This document shows, piece after piece, positions 7,588 through 16,212 of a DNA stretch of 19,115 nt (positions within the stretch are counted from its first letter, which is position 1; each line of letters opens with the position of its first letter). This stretch comes from a bacterium (GTDB lineage Bacteria; SZUA-182; DTGQ01; JAFGSM01): NCBI GenBank assembly GCA_049472335.1, contig JBLIRO010000087.1, positions 1 through 19,115 of the forward strand. The letters are read 5' to 3'. The translations under genes and the position numbers were made by a program. The notes beneath the pieces are model-generated. The model saw only the letters and a list, made by a program, of their open reading frames with translations. It had not been told where the DNA came from and ran no database searches.

Positions 7588-7913
7588 GCGGCAACCAGTT
7601 TTCTAAGCTTTCTCTTTGCTGATTTTATCCTTTTTCGAACAATTTTCAGGGCTTTGGCATCCTTGGCTTTGAGCGCTTCAGATCTCTTCTCTTTTAATGA
7701 TTTAATAACCTTTTTAAGCCCCCCCTTGGTATTTCCCTTTTTTACTTTTACCTTCTTTTTTGGTATTTCCTCTTCAGGAAGCCCCATCAGTTCGGCAAGA
7801 GCCTTTATAAGCTCGGCCTTTTTCATTCCATGCACACCGGTTAATTCAGGATACTTAAGAGCTTCCTCCCGGAGTTTCACAACAGTCATCTTTTCAAGCT
7901 CATGTCTCGTCAT
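7584..7913 (-). CDS. Small basic protein with stand-alone Rho N-terminal (Rho_N-like) domain
   Basis: LEKMTVVKLREEA...GVHGMKKAELI is the Rho_N helix-extension-helix pattern. Lys-rich C-terminus, GGAGG RBS, no RNA-binding or ATPase domain. Confidence 0.8.
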   Translation of the reverse strand: MTRHELEKMTVVKLREEALKYPELTGVHGMKKAELIKALAELMGLPEEEIPKKKVKVKKGNTKGGLKKVIKSLKEKRSEALKAKDAKALKIVRKRIKSAKRKLRKLVAA

Positions 7914-8153
7914 TTGGCGTCATCCTCCAACCTTAAAATAAATAAGTTAGGCTTTCTTTAACCTGAAATCTGGATTTAGAATCAATATTCTTCTCAAGGG
8001 CCCATATGTATTTTGAGAAATTACATATTCCCAGGTTTAAATAATTAACATGTTTTAAAATCAAATTGCTTGAATTATGTTAGCACATTGATTCGGGATA
8101 TGACAAGTATCCATTAAGTATTACCGCTTAAATCATTAAGTTTTTATATTTAA

Positions 8154-8993
8154 TCAGGCGTCTGAAGTTTGAGCTGTTTCAAGTTTATCTTTTTTATATA
8201 AATGAACGTCCTGTTGGGGGAACGGGATGCTAATATTTTGGGCATCGAAGGCCTTTTTCACATTTTCCGTAACATCGAAATAAACATTCCAGTAGTCCGG
8301 AGTTTTTACCCAGGGCCGAACCGCAAAATTTACACTGCTATCGGCAAGCTCAACAACACCAACTGTAGGCCCGGGATCTTGAAGTATTCGCTCATCCTTT
8401 GACAATACTTCCAGTATAACCTTTCTTACCTTATCGATATCATCGGAATAGGAAACCCCAAAAACAAGATCAACCCGTCTTATCTCTTTGGCCGAATAAT
8501 TCATAATATTGTCATCGGTAAGCTTTGCGTTTGGTATTATAACTATCTTATTGTCCAGGGTTTTCAGCTTGGTTGTAAAAATCTGAATCTCTTCAACGAT
8601 ACCCGAAACTCCCGCGCCCTCGATAAAATCACCGACCTTGAAAGGACGGAAAATAATCATCAGGATACCTGCGGCGAAATTTGCAAGAGAACCCTGTAAA
8701 GCGAGACCTACGGCAAGGCCGGCCGCGCCTATAATAGCGATAAGCGAGGTTGTTTGTATTCCGAGTTGACCAAGAGCCGCCAAAATTACAAATATCAATA
8801 AAATAACGTAAAGCAGATTTCCCACAAAGGACACGATTGTGGCATCTATTTTACTCTTCTTCATTATCTTCTGGGAAATATTTCGAATCAGTTTCGCGGC
8901 CCATCGCCCAAGCACCAAAATTACAATTGCAGCGAGGATCTTAAGCCCGAACATTGCAAACAGTTCCTGAATTTTCCTCAGTATTATCTCCAT
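8154..8993 (-). CDS. mscS: Small-conductance mechanosensitive channel
   Basis: GAAGLAVGLALQGSLANFAAG, RPFKVGDFI, IIPNAKL, ISIPFPQQDVH. 279 aa. Confidence 0.96.
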   Translation of the reverse strand: MEIILRKIQELFAMFGLKILAAIVILVLGRWAAKLIRNISQKIMKKSKIDATIVSFVGNLLYVILLIFVILAALGQLGIQTTSLIAIIGAAGLAVGLALQGSLANFAAGILMIIFRPFKVGDFIEGAGVSGIVEEIQIFTTKLKTLDNKIVIIPNAKLTDDNIMNYSAKEIRRVDLVFGVSYSDDIDKVRKVILEVLSKDERILQDPGPTVGVVELADSSVNFAVRPWVKTPDYWNVYFDVTENVKKAFDAQNISIPFPQQDVHLYKKDKLETAQTSDA

Positions 8994-9040
8994 CTTTTTC
9001 TTCCTTTCCTCTTAAGGTTTATTGACACCTTTCGTTTCAG

Positions 9041-9073
9041 GGGAAATTATAGACAAGGGAAATTTATAGACAA
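9041..9073. repeat. Tandem direct repeat between divergent genes
   Basis: GGGAAATTATAGACAA (9041-9056) then GGGAAATTTATAGACAA (9057-9073). Confidence 0.75.
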
Positions 9074-9264
9074 ATTATATAAAAATCTGTCGCTTTATGC
9101 CAATCCCTTTAATTTACAATGATTAAATATTATCTCTTTCATAGGCTTCTCGGGTGCTATATAAAATTAAACAATAACAAAATTCTCCTTTTACACGTCT
9201 TTAATTATTTATCTATTAAATTGATCCATCGTTTTATCATCTTTGCCATGAGGAGAATGGAATA

Positions 9265-12200
9265 ATGAAATGCAGTTTTAACAAATACTCCCTGTTCTTA
9301 TTTACCGCTATCTTAATTTGTCTGATTATCGCATTATCAGGCCTGCATGTCAGATCGGATATGACTTCTAATCCATCCGGTTTCTTTATAACGGATAAAG
9401 ATCCTAACAATAGTTCAAGACAATGGAATGCCCAGATTGTGGCAAGCAGCACTGGTTATCTTTGTGTATGGGATGACTATAATGATATATTCGGGCGCTT
9501 TATTGCCCTGGATGGAGAAAATCTCGGGACGCAAATAAATATTACCTCTGACTTAGGCAATGGAAACCAGGTTGAACCGGATATAGCGACAGATGGGGGA
9601 AAATATCTGGCAGTCTGGTCGGATGGCGGAGAATTCAACTACGATCATGATATCTATGGCCGCTTTGTGTATATAAACGGAACTCTCGGAGAAGCTTTCC
9701 TGATCGAGTCATCCGAAGGCAGACAAAGATTCCCGAAGGTCGGATTCAATGGTCAATATTATCTGGTAATCTGGGAAGACTGGTTAGAACATACTATGGA
9801 TACGCCTCAGGTAAGGCTTAAATATAAAAGGGTTGGCTCGAATGGGAGCTTACTGGATGCAGAGCCTAAAAATATTACTATTGCTGTGAATAAATATGCA
9901 GGGAAAGCCTGTTTTGATTTATGTTCACTGGATGAGTCCAACCAACCGGATATTTCATGGTTCATAAGCTGGAATGGCTTCTTAAAGAATGAACGATCTG
10001 AAATATTCGGAGGATTTTTAGAGGATAATGGAAGTGAGTTGCGATTAAATCAACAGATCCAAATCATTCCATCTTTCTTTAATACATATTATATTTCTCA
10101 TTTATATCCTTCTGCTGAAAATATAGGCAATGTCGTTCTGGTTGTCTGGGAGAGCTGGAGAGATGAGTACGGCTTCAACACAGATATCTATGGGAGAAGG
10201 ATTCAGGCTGGAAAATTAGATAGTGAATTCATTCAGATCAGCGCAAAAGAAGCCCAGGAGAGATATCCGGAGGCAGGCAGTAACGGGAAGGTTTTTTTTG
10301 TGATGTGGAAAGACTTGGAAAACGTTTACGGCAGAAGGATATCTAAAGAAGGGATATTGCTTGAAGACAATCCCCCTGTTTCGGATAGCATAGTAATAAA
10401 CGCCTCGGACCCTAATCATATTCAAAATATATACAACCTTGCTGTGGCTTCAAACGGATTAGATGAGAACAACCTGTTTCTCTGTGTCTGGTCCGCTAAC
10501 AAAAAGATCTCAGATACTCCCTTTATTTTGGATTGGTATATCAAAGGCTATTCATATTCTCCTCCACCTCCGCCTGTTCTTAGTTGGCCTGGTTCAGGGA
10601 GCTATTCAGAAGATGGAATAAATCCGGATTCCGGTCCAGGGGGAAGCCAATTTATATTTAAAGTAAGATATGTATCTTCTTTATCCCTTTACCCCAGTGA
10701 AGCCCAGGTATGGATAGATCTGGATGATAACGGGATATACGATCAAATGGAAAAATTCGGCATGACCGCCGAAACCGATGGTATTACTTATATTTACACT
10801 AAAAGCAAGGTCCTTTATGATGGCGACGGCATGCTTAATTACAGGTTCTTTTTCAGAGACGATTACAATACCGCCGTAGGAGAGCCAGCCGAAGACAGCT
10901 CATTTCAAATAAACAAGGTAAACTCTTCACCTGAGCTATATTGGACAAATGAACCTGGATTTACAGGAGATGGTGCAAGGCCCGACAGCTCTGAATGGTC
11001 AACGGAGCTTACAAATTTTGAATTCCGGGTGCTCTACAAGGATGAAGATGGTGATCCTCCCGGAAATAAGGATTTGTGCATAGATAAAAATATGGATGGA
11101 GTATATAGTCAGGATGAGCATTTTGAAATGAGCCCCCTGGGAAGCAACTATCAGACTGGTGTGATTTATATCTATACCCCCCTGGCCTTAAATTCCAATT
11201 TTACTGTCCCTATGTATTACAAATTCGATTTTGATGATGGAAAAAATAAAGCAACGGGTGAACCGGGGACAGCCACTTATTTATCCTTCAGTCCAATAGG
11301 TGAAACAGCAGTATGCCTAAATAATTATGATCAGTTTTTTCCATCTATAACTCTAACTAATGATGGTTATCAGGCATTTTGGGAAGACCGAAGGGAAAAC
11401 GACGAAGTATTGAGCCACGTCTGGATGGTCCCGTTAACCAAAAGCGGAAGGGTGAAGGACAATACTAATGAGCCGGGGCAAATAAGACTGGATACAAGCA
11501 CGATGGGCGCATTCAAGCCAAAGGGCCTTTTTGATTCGGCCACTCAAAAAACCCTTGTTATATGGGAAGATTTGAGAAATGGCACCATTTCTGAGCAAAC
11601 AGAATTAAACAATATATTCAAACCACAAGCTGTTTATAAGGGGCTGGATATCTATGGACTTTATATTGATTCCGACGGCAACCCCCTTATGGATGAATTT
11701 TTAATTGCCGGCTCCGGCATAGGACAAAATGTCCTGAATGCGGATTTGGCTTTAGGCCTAAATGGGCAATATTTAGTGGTGTGGGAGGACGAGAAAAATA
11801 TTGGAAACGATAAAAAGACAAACATATACACAAGGTTTATAAAATATGAAAATAATCCACCAGGGGCTGCTTTTGGGCAGACAATGGGTCTGCAGACAGA
11901 AGAGAAACATCAAATCCTGCCGATTATCGCCTCGAACGGGCCATATTACCTGGTAGTCTGGCAGGATATAGATGATGCGGACCCAAATTCTGGTTATTAC
12001 AATTCAAGGATTTACGGCAAAAGGGTTGACCCAAACGGAGAGGTATATCCTCAATCTCCCTTTAAGTTTTTCAATGATAATATCGAACTGACCTTATCAG
12101 ACCCTAATATTAATCAACTGTTTCCTGATGTCGCATCGGACGGAGAGAACTTCTTGATTGTCTGGCAGGACAGCCGTAATTTAAAGAATAAAAAGGGATA

Positions 12201-14268
12201 CGATATTTTTGGAATGAGGGTCAATATAAATGGAATGGCTATTCAGTATCTGAATACAATTAGTTGGGAAGTGCCCATCTGCACGGCAAACGGACATCAA
12301 ATAAGGCCCAGGGTTTCCTGGAATCCTCAGGAAGAATGCTTTCTGATTAGTTGGCTGGAACTGCCGGATGAATATGAACTATCTCCATCTGATATGTTGT
12401 CTCTTTCTTCTCCGACACCTGGTAATATTAAATTTGTCAGAATGGACAAAGACGGAAAACTTTTGGATTCCGAGTCTTCTGAACACCCCGGCATCCAGCC
12501 TGTAGCTATATCTTTCACTCAGAACCTTTTTGATATCAATTGCAGCCAGAATGATGGGTGCCGCATGATATGGGAAGATCTTCGAAATGAACTTTCGTAC
12601 GACATTTACAGTGCTGAATTACAAAAGGTCCTTCGTTTTGCAGAGGACCCCAATTTTATAAACGGTATAAATCCTTTAGCTGCTTTTGAAGGGAACCTTT
12701 TTACATTTAGAATAGAATACCTGGACTGGAAAAACAATGCCATGCCGGGTGTATCCCAGGTGTGGATCGATCTCGATGATGACGGAAGTTTTGAAGAAGA
12801 TGAAAAATTCGACATGGATATCCTCTCAGAATCACCCATGATTTACACCTTCAAGAAGGAAATCCATTATCCCGAAAACGAGGAGAGCGACAATTTTATC
12901 AGCTATCGTTTTTATTTTGAAGACCAGAACGGCTTGGTGATAAGTGGGCTTGGATCCAATCTTAACTATTTCCTGTTGGTCCCGGAGCCCGATAATAATG
13001 CGGTGCTTGAGTGGGCTGGCAGTGAAGGTTTTGAGACCGACGGTGTTGATCCCGATCAAGCATATGAAGGGACAAAATTCAAGTTTTCAGTCTCCTACAG
13101 GGACCCCTTAAATAATCCTCCCATCGTTCCACATGTATGGATCGACCAGGACGATAATGGCGTATATGACGATTTTGAGGTATACGGCATGATCGAAGAG
13201 GACCCGAACGATATCATCTTTTCTGATGGCAAGGTGTACTCCTTAGGGATTAATCTTTTTTATCCAAATCAAGGGGATGGCAATATAACATATCGATTCT
13301 ACTTCACCTATCAACCCCCCACTCCCGCTGAGTACAAACCCTACTTCTATGACATCGGGACAATAGAGGTGAAGGGAGAACCAACGACTGATCATTCCAT
13401 TTCATTAAAGGCCGCCGCGCTTGACTGGGAAGGCAGCCCGGGCTTTGAAACAGACGGAGTAGAACCTGACCAGGCAGACGAAGGCATGGAATTTAAATTT
13501 TCAGTTTCATATAGAGATCAATCTAATTATTCTCCCATTAGCACACAGGTCTGGATCGATACCAATGATAACGGAAGCTATGAAGAGACCGAGAAATTCG
13601 ACATGAATGAAAAGGACCCTTCGGACCATAATTATACAAATGGAAAGGTTTATTCCTTTAGCAAGGCACTTTATCCTGAACAAGGCGGAGAAATAAATTA
13701 TCGTTTCGTATTTACATACGATCCTTTCGATGATCCCAATAGTCCCTATGGAATTCTTGTAAAGGGAGAGCCCTCGGTTAATCATACGCTATTGGTTAAT
13801 GTCCGGCGGATAATAGATTTGAATGCCGGCTGGAGCATGATTTCTCTGCCTTTTGAGCCATCAAACACAATTTCTTCCGACGTGTTCCCGGGCGCTTCGG
13901 TAATTTACAGCTTCGACAAGGAATCTGGATATAAGCGCGTTAAAACCAGCGAAGAGCTAAAAATCGGAAAGGGATATTGGATATTACTGAACCAAAATCG
14001 CAATTTTAATCTAATGGTCGACAAAATGATCGATAAATATTCACATACCGTTGAAAATGAGTGGTACATGATCGGTTCATGCTCCTACGACGCAAAGGCT
14101 TCCGTATCCGAGGGCAAAATTGCCGTAATCTACTCCTTTGCTCCCGGTACAGGCTATAAAAGGGTCTTGGATACGGAAAACTTAAAACCAGGGAAGGGAT
14201 ACTGGATACTTTTTAAAGACATACCCGATTATGAGGAGGCAGTGCTTACGGTTGAAAGCGTAAACTAG
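9265..14268 (+). CDS. Large exported acidic repeat protein (two putative beta-propellers, five DxDxNG repeats, duplicated C-terminal module)
   Basis: Signal/TM N-terminus and AGGAG RBS. 14 'hydrophobic-VW(E/Q)D...DIYG' repeats in two blocks of 7, five 'DGVxPD...VWIDxDDNG...YRF' repeats, two 'W-x-MI...IYSF...GYKRV...GKGYWIL' repeats. Confidence 0.85.
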   Translation: MKCSFNKYSLFLFTAILICLIIALSGLHVRSDMTSNPSGFFITDKDPNNSSRQWNAQIVASSTGYLCVWDDYNDIFGRFIALDGENLGTQINITSDLGNGNQVEPDIATDGGKYLAVWSDGGEFNYDHDIYGRFVYINGTLGEAFLIESSEGRQRFPKVGFNGQYYLVIWEDWLEHTMDTPQVRLKYKRVGSNGSLLDAEPKNITIAVNKYAGKACFDLCSLDESNQPDISWFISWNGFLKNERSEIFGGFLEDNGSELRLNQQIQIIPSFFNTYYISHLYPSAENIGNVVLVVWESWRDEYGFNTDIYGRRIQAGKLDSEFIQISAKEAQERYPEAGSNGKVFFVMWKDLENVYGRRISKEGILLEDNPPVSDSIVINASDPNHIQNIYNLAVASNGLDENNLFLCVWSANKKISDTPFILDWYIKGYSYSPPPPPVLSWPGSGSYSEDGINPDSGPGGSQFIFKVRYVSSLSLYPSEAQVWIDLDDNGIYDQMEKFGMTAETDGITYIYTKSKVLYDGDGMLNYRFFFRDDYNTAVGEPAEDSSFQINKVNSSPELYWTNEPGFTGDGARPDSSEWSTELTNFEFRVLYKDEDGDPPGNKDLCIDKNMDGVYSQDEHFEMSPLGSNYQTGVIYIYTPLALNSNFTVPMYYKFDFDDGKNKATGEPGTATYLSFSPIGETAVCLNNYDQFFPSITLTNDGYQAFWEDRRENDEVLSHVWMVPLTKSGRVKDNTNEPGQIRLDTSTMGAFKPKGLFDSATQKTLVIWEDLRNGTISEQTELNNIFKPQAVYKGLDIYGLYIDSDGNPLMDEFLIAGSGIGQNVLNADLALGLNGQYLVVWEDEKNIGNDKKTNIYTRFIKYENNPPGAAFGQTMGLQTEEKHQILPIIASNGPYYLVVWQDIDDADPNSGYYNSRIYGKRVDPNGEVYPQSPFKFFNDNIELTLSDPNINQLFPDVASDGENFLIVWQDSRNLKNKKGYDIFGMRVNINGMAIQYLNTISWEVPICTANGHQIRPRVSWNPQEECFLISWLELPDEYELSPSDMLSLSSPTPGNIKFVRMDKDGKLLDSESSEHPGIQPVAISFTQNLFDINCSQNDGCRMIWEDLRNELSYDIYSAELQKVLRFAEDPNFINGINPLAAFEGNLFTFRIEYLDWKNNAMPGVSQVWIDLDDDGSFEEDEKFDMDILSESPMIYTFKKEIHYPENEESDNFISYRFYFEDQNGLVISGLGSNLNYFLLVPEPDNNAVLEWAGSEGFETDGVDPDQAYEGTKFKFSVSYRDPLNNPPIVPHVWIDQDDNGVYDDFEVYGMIEEDPNDIIFSDGKVYSLGINLFYPNQGDGNITYRFYFTYQPPTPAEYKPYFYDIGTIEVKGEPTTDHSISLKAAALDWEGSPGFETDGVEPDQADEGMEFKFSVSYRDQSNYSPISTQVWIDTNDNGSYEETEKFDMNEKDPSDHNYTNGKVYSFSKALYPEQGGEINYRFVFTYDPFDDPNSPYGILVKGEPSVNHTLLVNVRRIIDLNAGWSMISLPFEPSNTISSDVFPGASVIYSFDKESGYKRVKTSEELKIGKGYWILLNQNRNFNLMVDKMIDKYSHTVENEWYMIGSCSYDAKASVSEGKIAVIYSFAPGTGYKRVLDTENLKPGKGYWILFKDIPDYEEAVLTVESVN

Positions 14269-14849
14269 GAGAGTGCCTGAAGTGCTTAATTAACATAATC
14301 AAAATAATATTAGTCTCGTCATATTAAATAACAAAGGTATAAATTTATAAATAAGTTTTTTATAATTATAACTCCTGGAGCCCATGGGGACAGGGCAGCT
14401 TTTTCTCTCCGGTATGGGATTTCTTTGGCGGACTTTTTGGCGGGCAATTCCCATGGTCATGGCGAAATAATTATCCTGGATTTCCGGACAACCGTTTGCT
14501 TTACGGCATTTCTCCGTCACCTCTTTATGGTGTAAGTATATCGAATAGAACAATACCGGATATAGTAACTTATTATGGAGTAAACATTCCCAATACTGGA
14601 ATATTATATTAGCATGAACTATTATATTAATAGGATTTATTAATAAAAAATTGATAATAAAATTACGGAATTTAAAGGCAACCTTTTAGAGATTCCAAGT
14701 ATCAATCCGCACATCATCAAGATACACTTACGACTTCTCCGTGAAGCTTCTTCTGCGTTACATGAAGATTTCAAATTCAAGATCTGGGTTCAATGGAAAA
14801 AAAATAACACAGGGCAGGAATTAATAGAGTCAGTGAAAGGAGGTGAATT

Positions 14850-15764
14850 ATGAAAGAATTTAGAAAATATGGTTTTTGGGTGCTATTTATATTTATAGTA
14901 CTAATAGGATCACTAATAATTGTTAATTTCAGCTTTCAGAAACAATCACCCGGAATTCCCAATGTGAATGCACAAGGCCAGAAACAAACCAATTTCCCCG
15001 GAGACACATTTTACACTAGACCATATGAAGGGACTATGGGAGGAGGACACCCTAGCGATACATTTTATATTCCCCAGAACCCGGTTTTCCCCGGCAATTC
15101 AAATAATGATTATTATATGCCCGGGGTAATAACACTCCCTACGTCTTCAACCTGTGGATGGGATTGTGGTCAGACTTACACAACTTGCGCTTTAACTTGT
15201 GGCCGAGGGGCCCAGGGCGGGACATCAATGACATGCAGCTCCGGCTTGTTCGGCAACTGCTTAGGCCAAACTCCCACATCCACAACCTGCAGCGGCGGAA
15301 TCTTATGTGGCGGCGTAACCTTGCCCACTTCATCAACCTGTAGCAGTGGCATTTTCTGTGACGGCGGGCCAATGCCCACTTTCTCAACCTGCAGTGGCGG
15401 CATCTTCTGTGGCGGCCCAAGCCCTACTTCCACAACCTGCGGCGTTTTCTGTGATGGCGGGCCAATGCCTACCTTTTCAACCTGTAGCAGTGGCTTCTTC
15501 TGTGACGGCGGGGCAATACCCACTTCGTCAACCTGCAGTGGCGGCATCTTCTGTGGTAGTTCAAGCCCTACTTCTACGACTTGCAGTGGCAGCATATTCT
15601 GTGGAGGCAATATCAGTACACTCCAAACTTGTTTTGGAAACTGCTCCACTGAACTACCCCTCTCCCTTCCGGAAGGTGTTATTCCGGGGTGGGGAGGTAA
15701 TGGCCCTAAAATACCAGGAAGCATAGTTCCTTTCCCGGTATATAATGCCCCACCCTCTTATTAG
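14850..15764 (+). CDS. Exported or membrane-anchored Cys/Thr/Ser/Gly-rich repeat protein
   Basis: SD GAAAGGAGGTGA, N-terminal basic + hydrophobic segment, 11 TxxTC-x(3-7)-C units holding all 22 Cys. Confidence 0.85.
   Translation: MKEFRKYGFWVLFIFIVLIGSLIIVNFSFQKQSPGIPNVNAQGQKQTNFPGDTFYTRPYEGTMGGGHPSDTFYIPQNPVFPGNSNNDYYMPGVITLPTSSTCGWDCGQTYTTCALTCGRGAQGGTSMTCSSGLFGNCLGQTPTSTTCSGGILCGGVTLPTSSTCSSGIFCDGGPMPTFSTCSGGIFCGGPSPTSTTCGVFCDGGPMPTFSTCSSGFFCDGGAIPTSSTCSGGIFCGSSSPTSTTCSGSIFCGGNISTLQTCFGNCSTELPLSLPEGVIPGWGGNGPKIPGSIVPFPVYNAPPSY
15138..15644 (+). repeat. Intragenic tandem repeats PT(S/F)(S/T)TCS(S/G)G(I/F)FC(D/G)GG
   Basis: Core units of 15-17 codons with conserved DNA (TCAACCTG(T/C)AG...TTCTGTG), all in frame. 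Confidence 0.9.
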
Positions 15765-15888
15765 TCTTGCTTAGAAGCGGATAATTCTCCAGCAATTCTA
15801 ATTTTTGGGGGAAAACCTTTTGATGATTAGTATGTATCTGAACGAGATAAAATCATACTAAAATTAATAAGGTTTTAGATAGCACCTT

Positions 15889-15926
15889 TTCATAGCCTGC
15901 CGGCATTACAGCCGGCAGGCTATGAA
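15889..15926. repeat. Perfect 16-bp inverted repeat (terminator-like or REP-like hairpin)
   Basis: TTCATAGCCTGCCGGC-ATTACA-GCCGGCAGGCTATGAA. No clear U-tract on either strand. Confidence 0.85.
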
Positions 15927-16212
15927 TCACCAGTAATAATAAAATTAAGGGTATAATTAATCTAAACCCTTTTATCTTTGATTTTGATTAATAATACAAT
16001 TTGCCCAGTCAATAATCATTAAAAGCCTTTTCGGACAATCTTTTTAAAAATTTTACTCCCTGTAATCTTTTAAAGTATACAATAATTTTAAAGGAAATAG
16101 ATAATAAAAAAATTAGAATTTGTCAAAGGGATGAATAAATGTATTTGATTTGATAATATATATGTGGCTTTAAAAGCATTTTGATCTAAAAGATGATAAG
16201 GAGATTAAGGAT

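Noticed and set aside
7654..8402. Plus-strand ORFs 7654-7941 and 8202-8402
   Set aside because: Antisense shadows of the Rho_N gene and mscS.
9248..9265. Mini-ORF MRRME* overlapping the ATG at 9265
   Set aside because: The sequence is fully explained as the AGGAG RBS and spacer.
9237..13785. Minus-strand ORFs within the 1667-aa gene
   Set aside because: Antisense shadows without RBS or motifs.
15138..15644. CRISPR array or multiheme cytochrome reading of the repeats
   Set aside because: Repeats are in-frame coding units without unique spacers, and there is no CxxCH motif.
15139..15726. Overlapping ORFs in other frames of the Cys-repeat region
   Set aside because: Open only because of the repeat; only the 14850 frame has an SD and a signal peptide.
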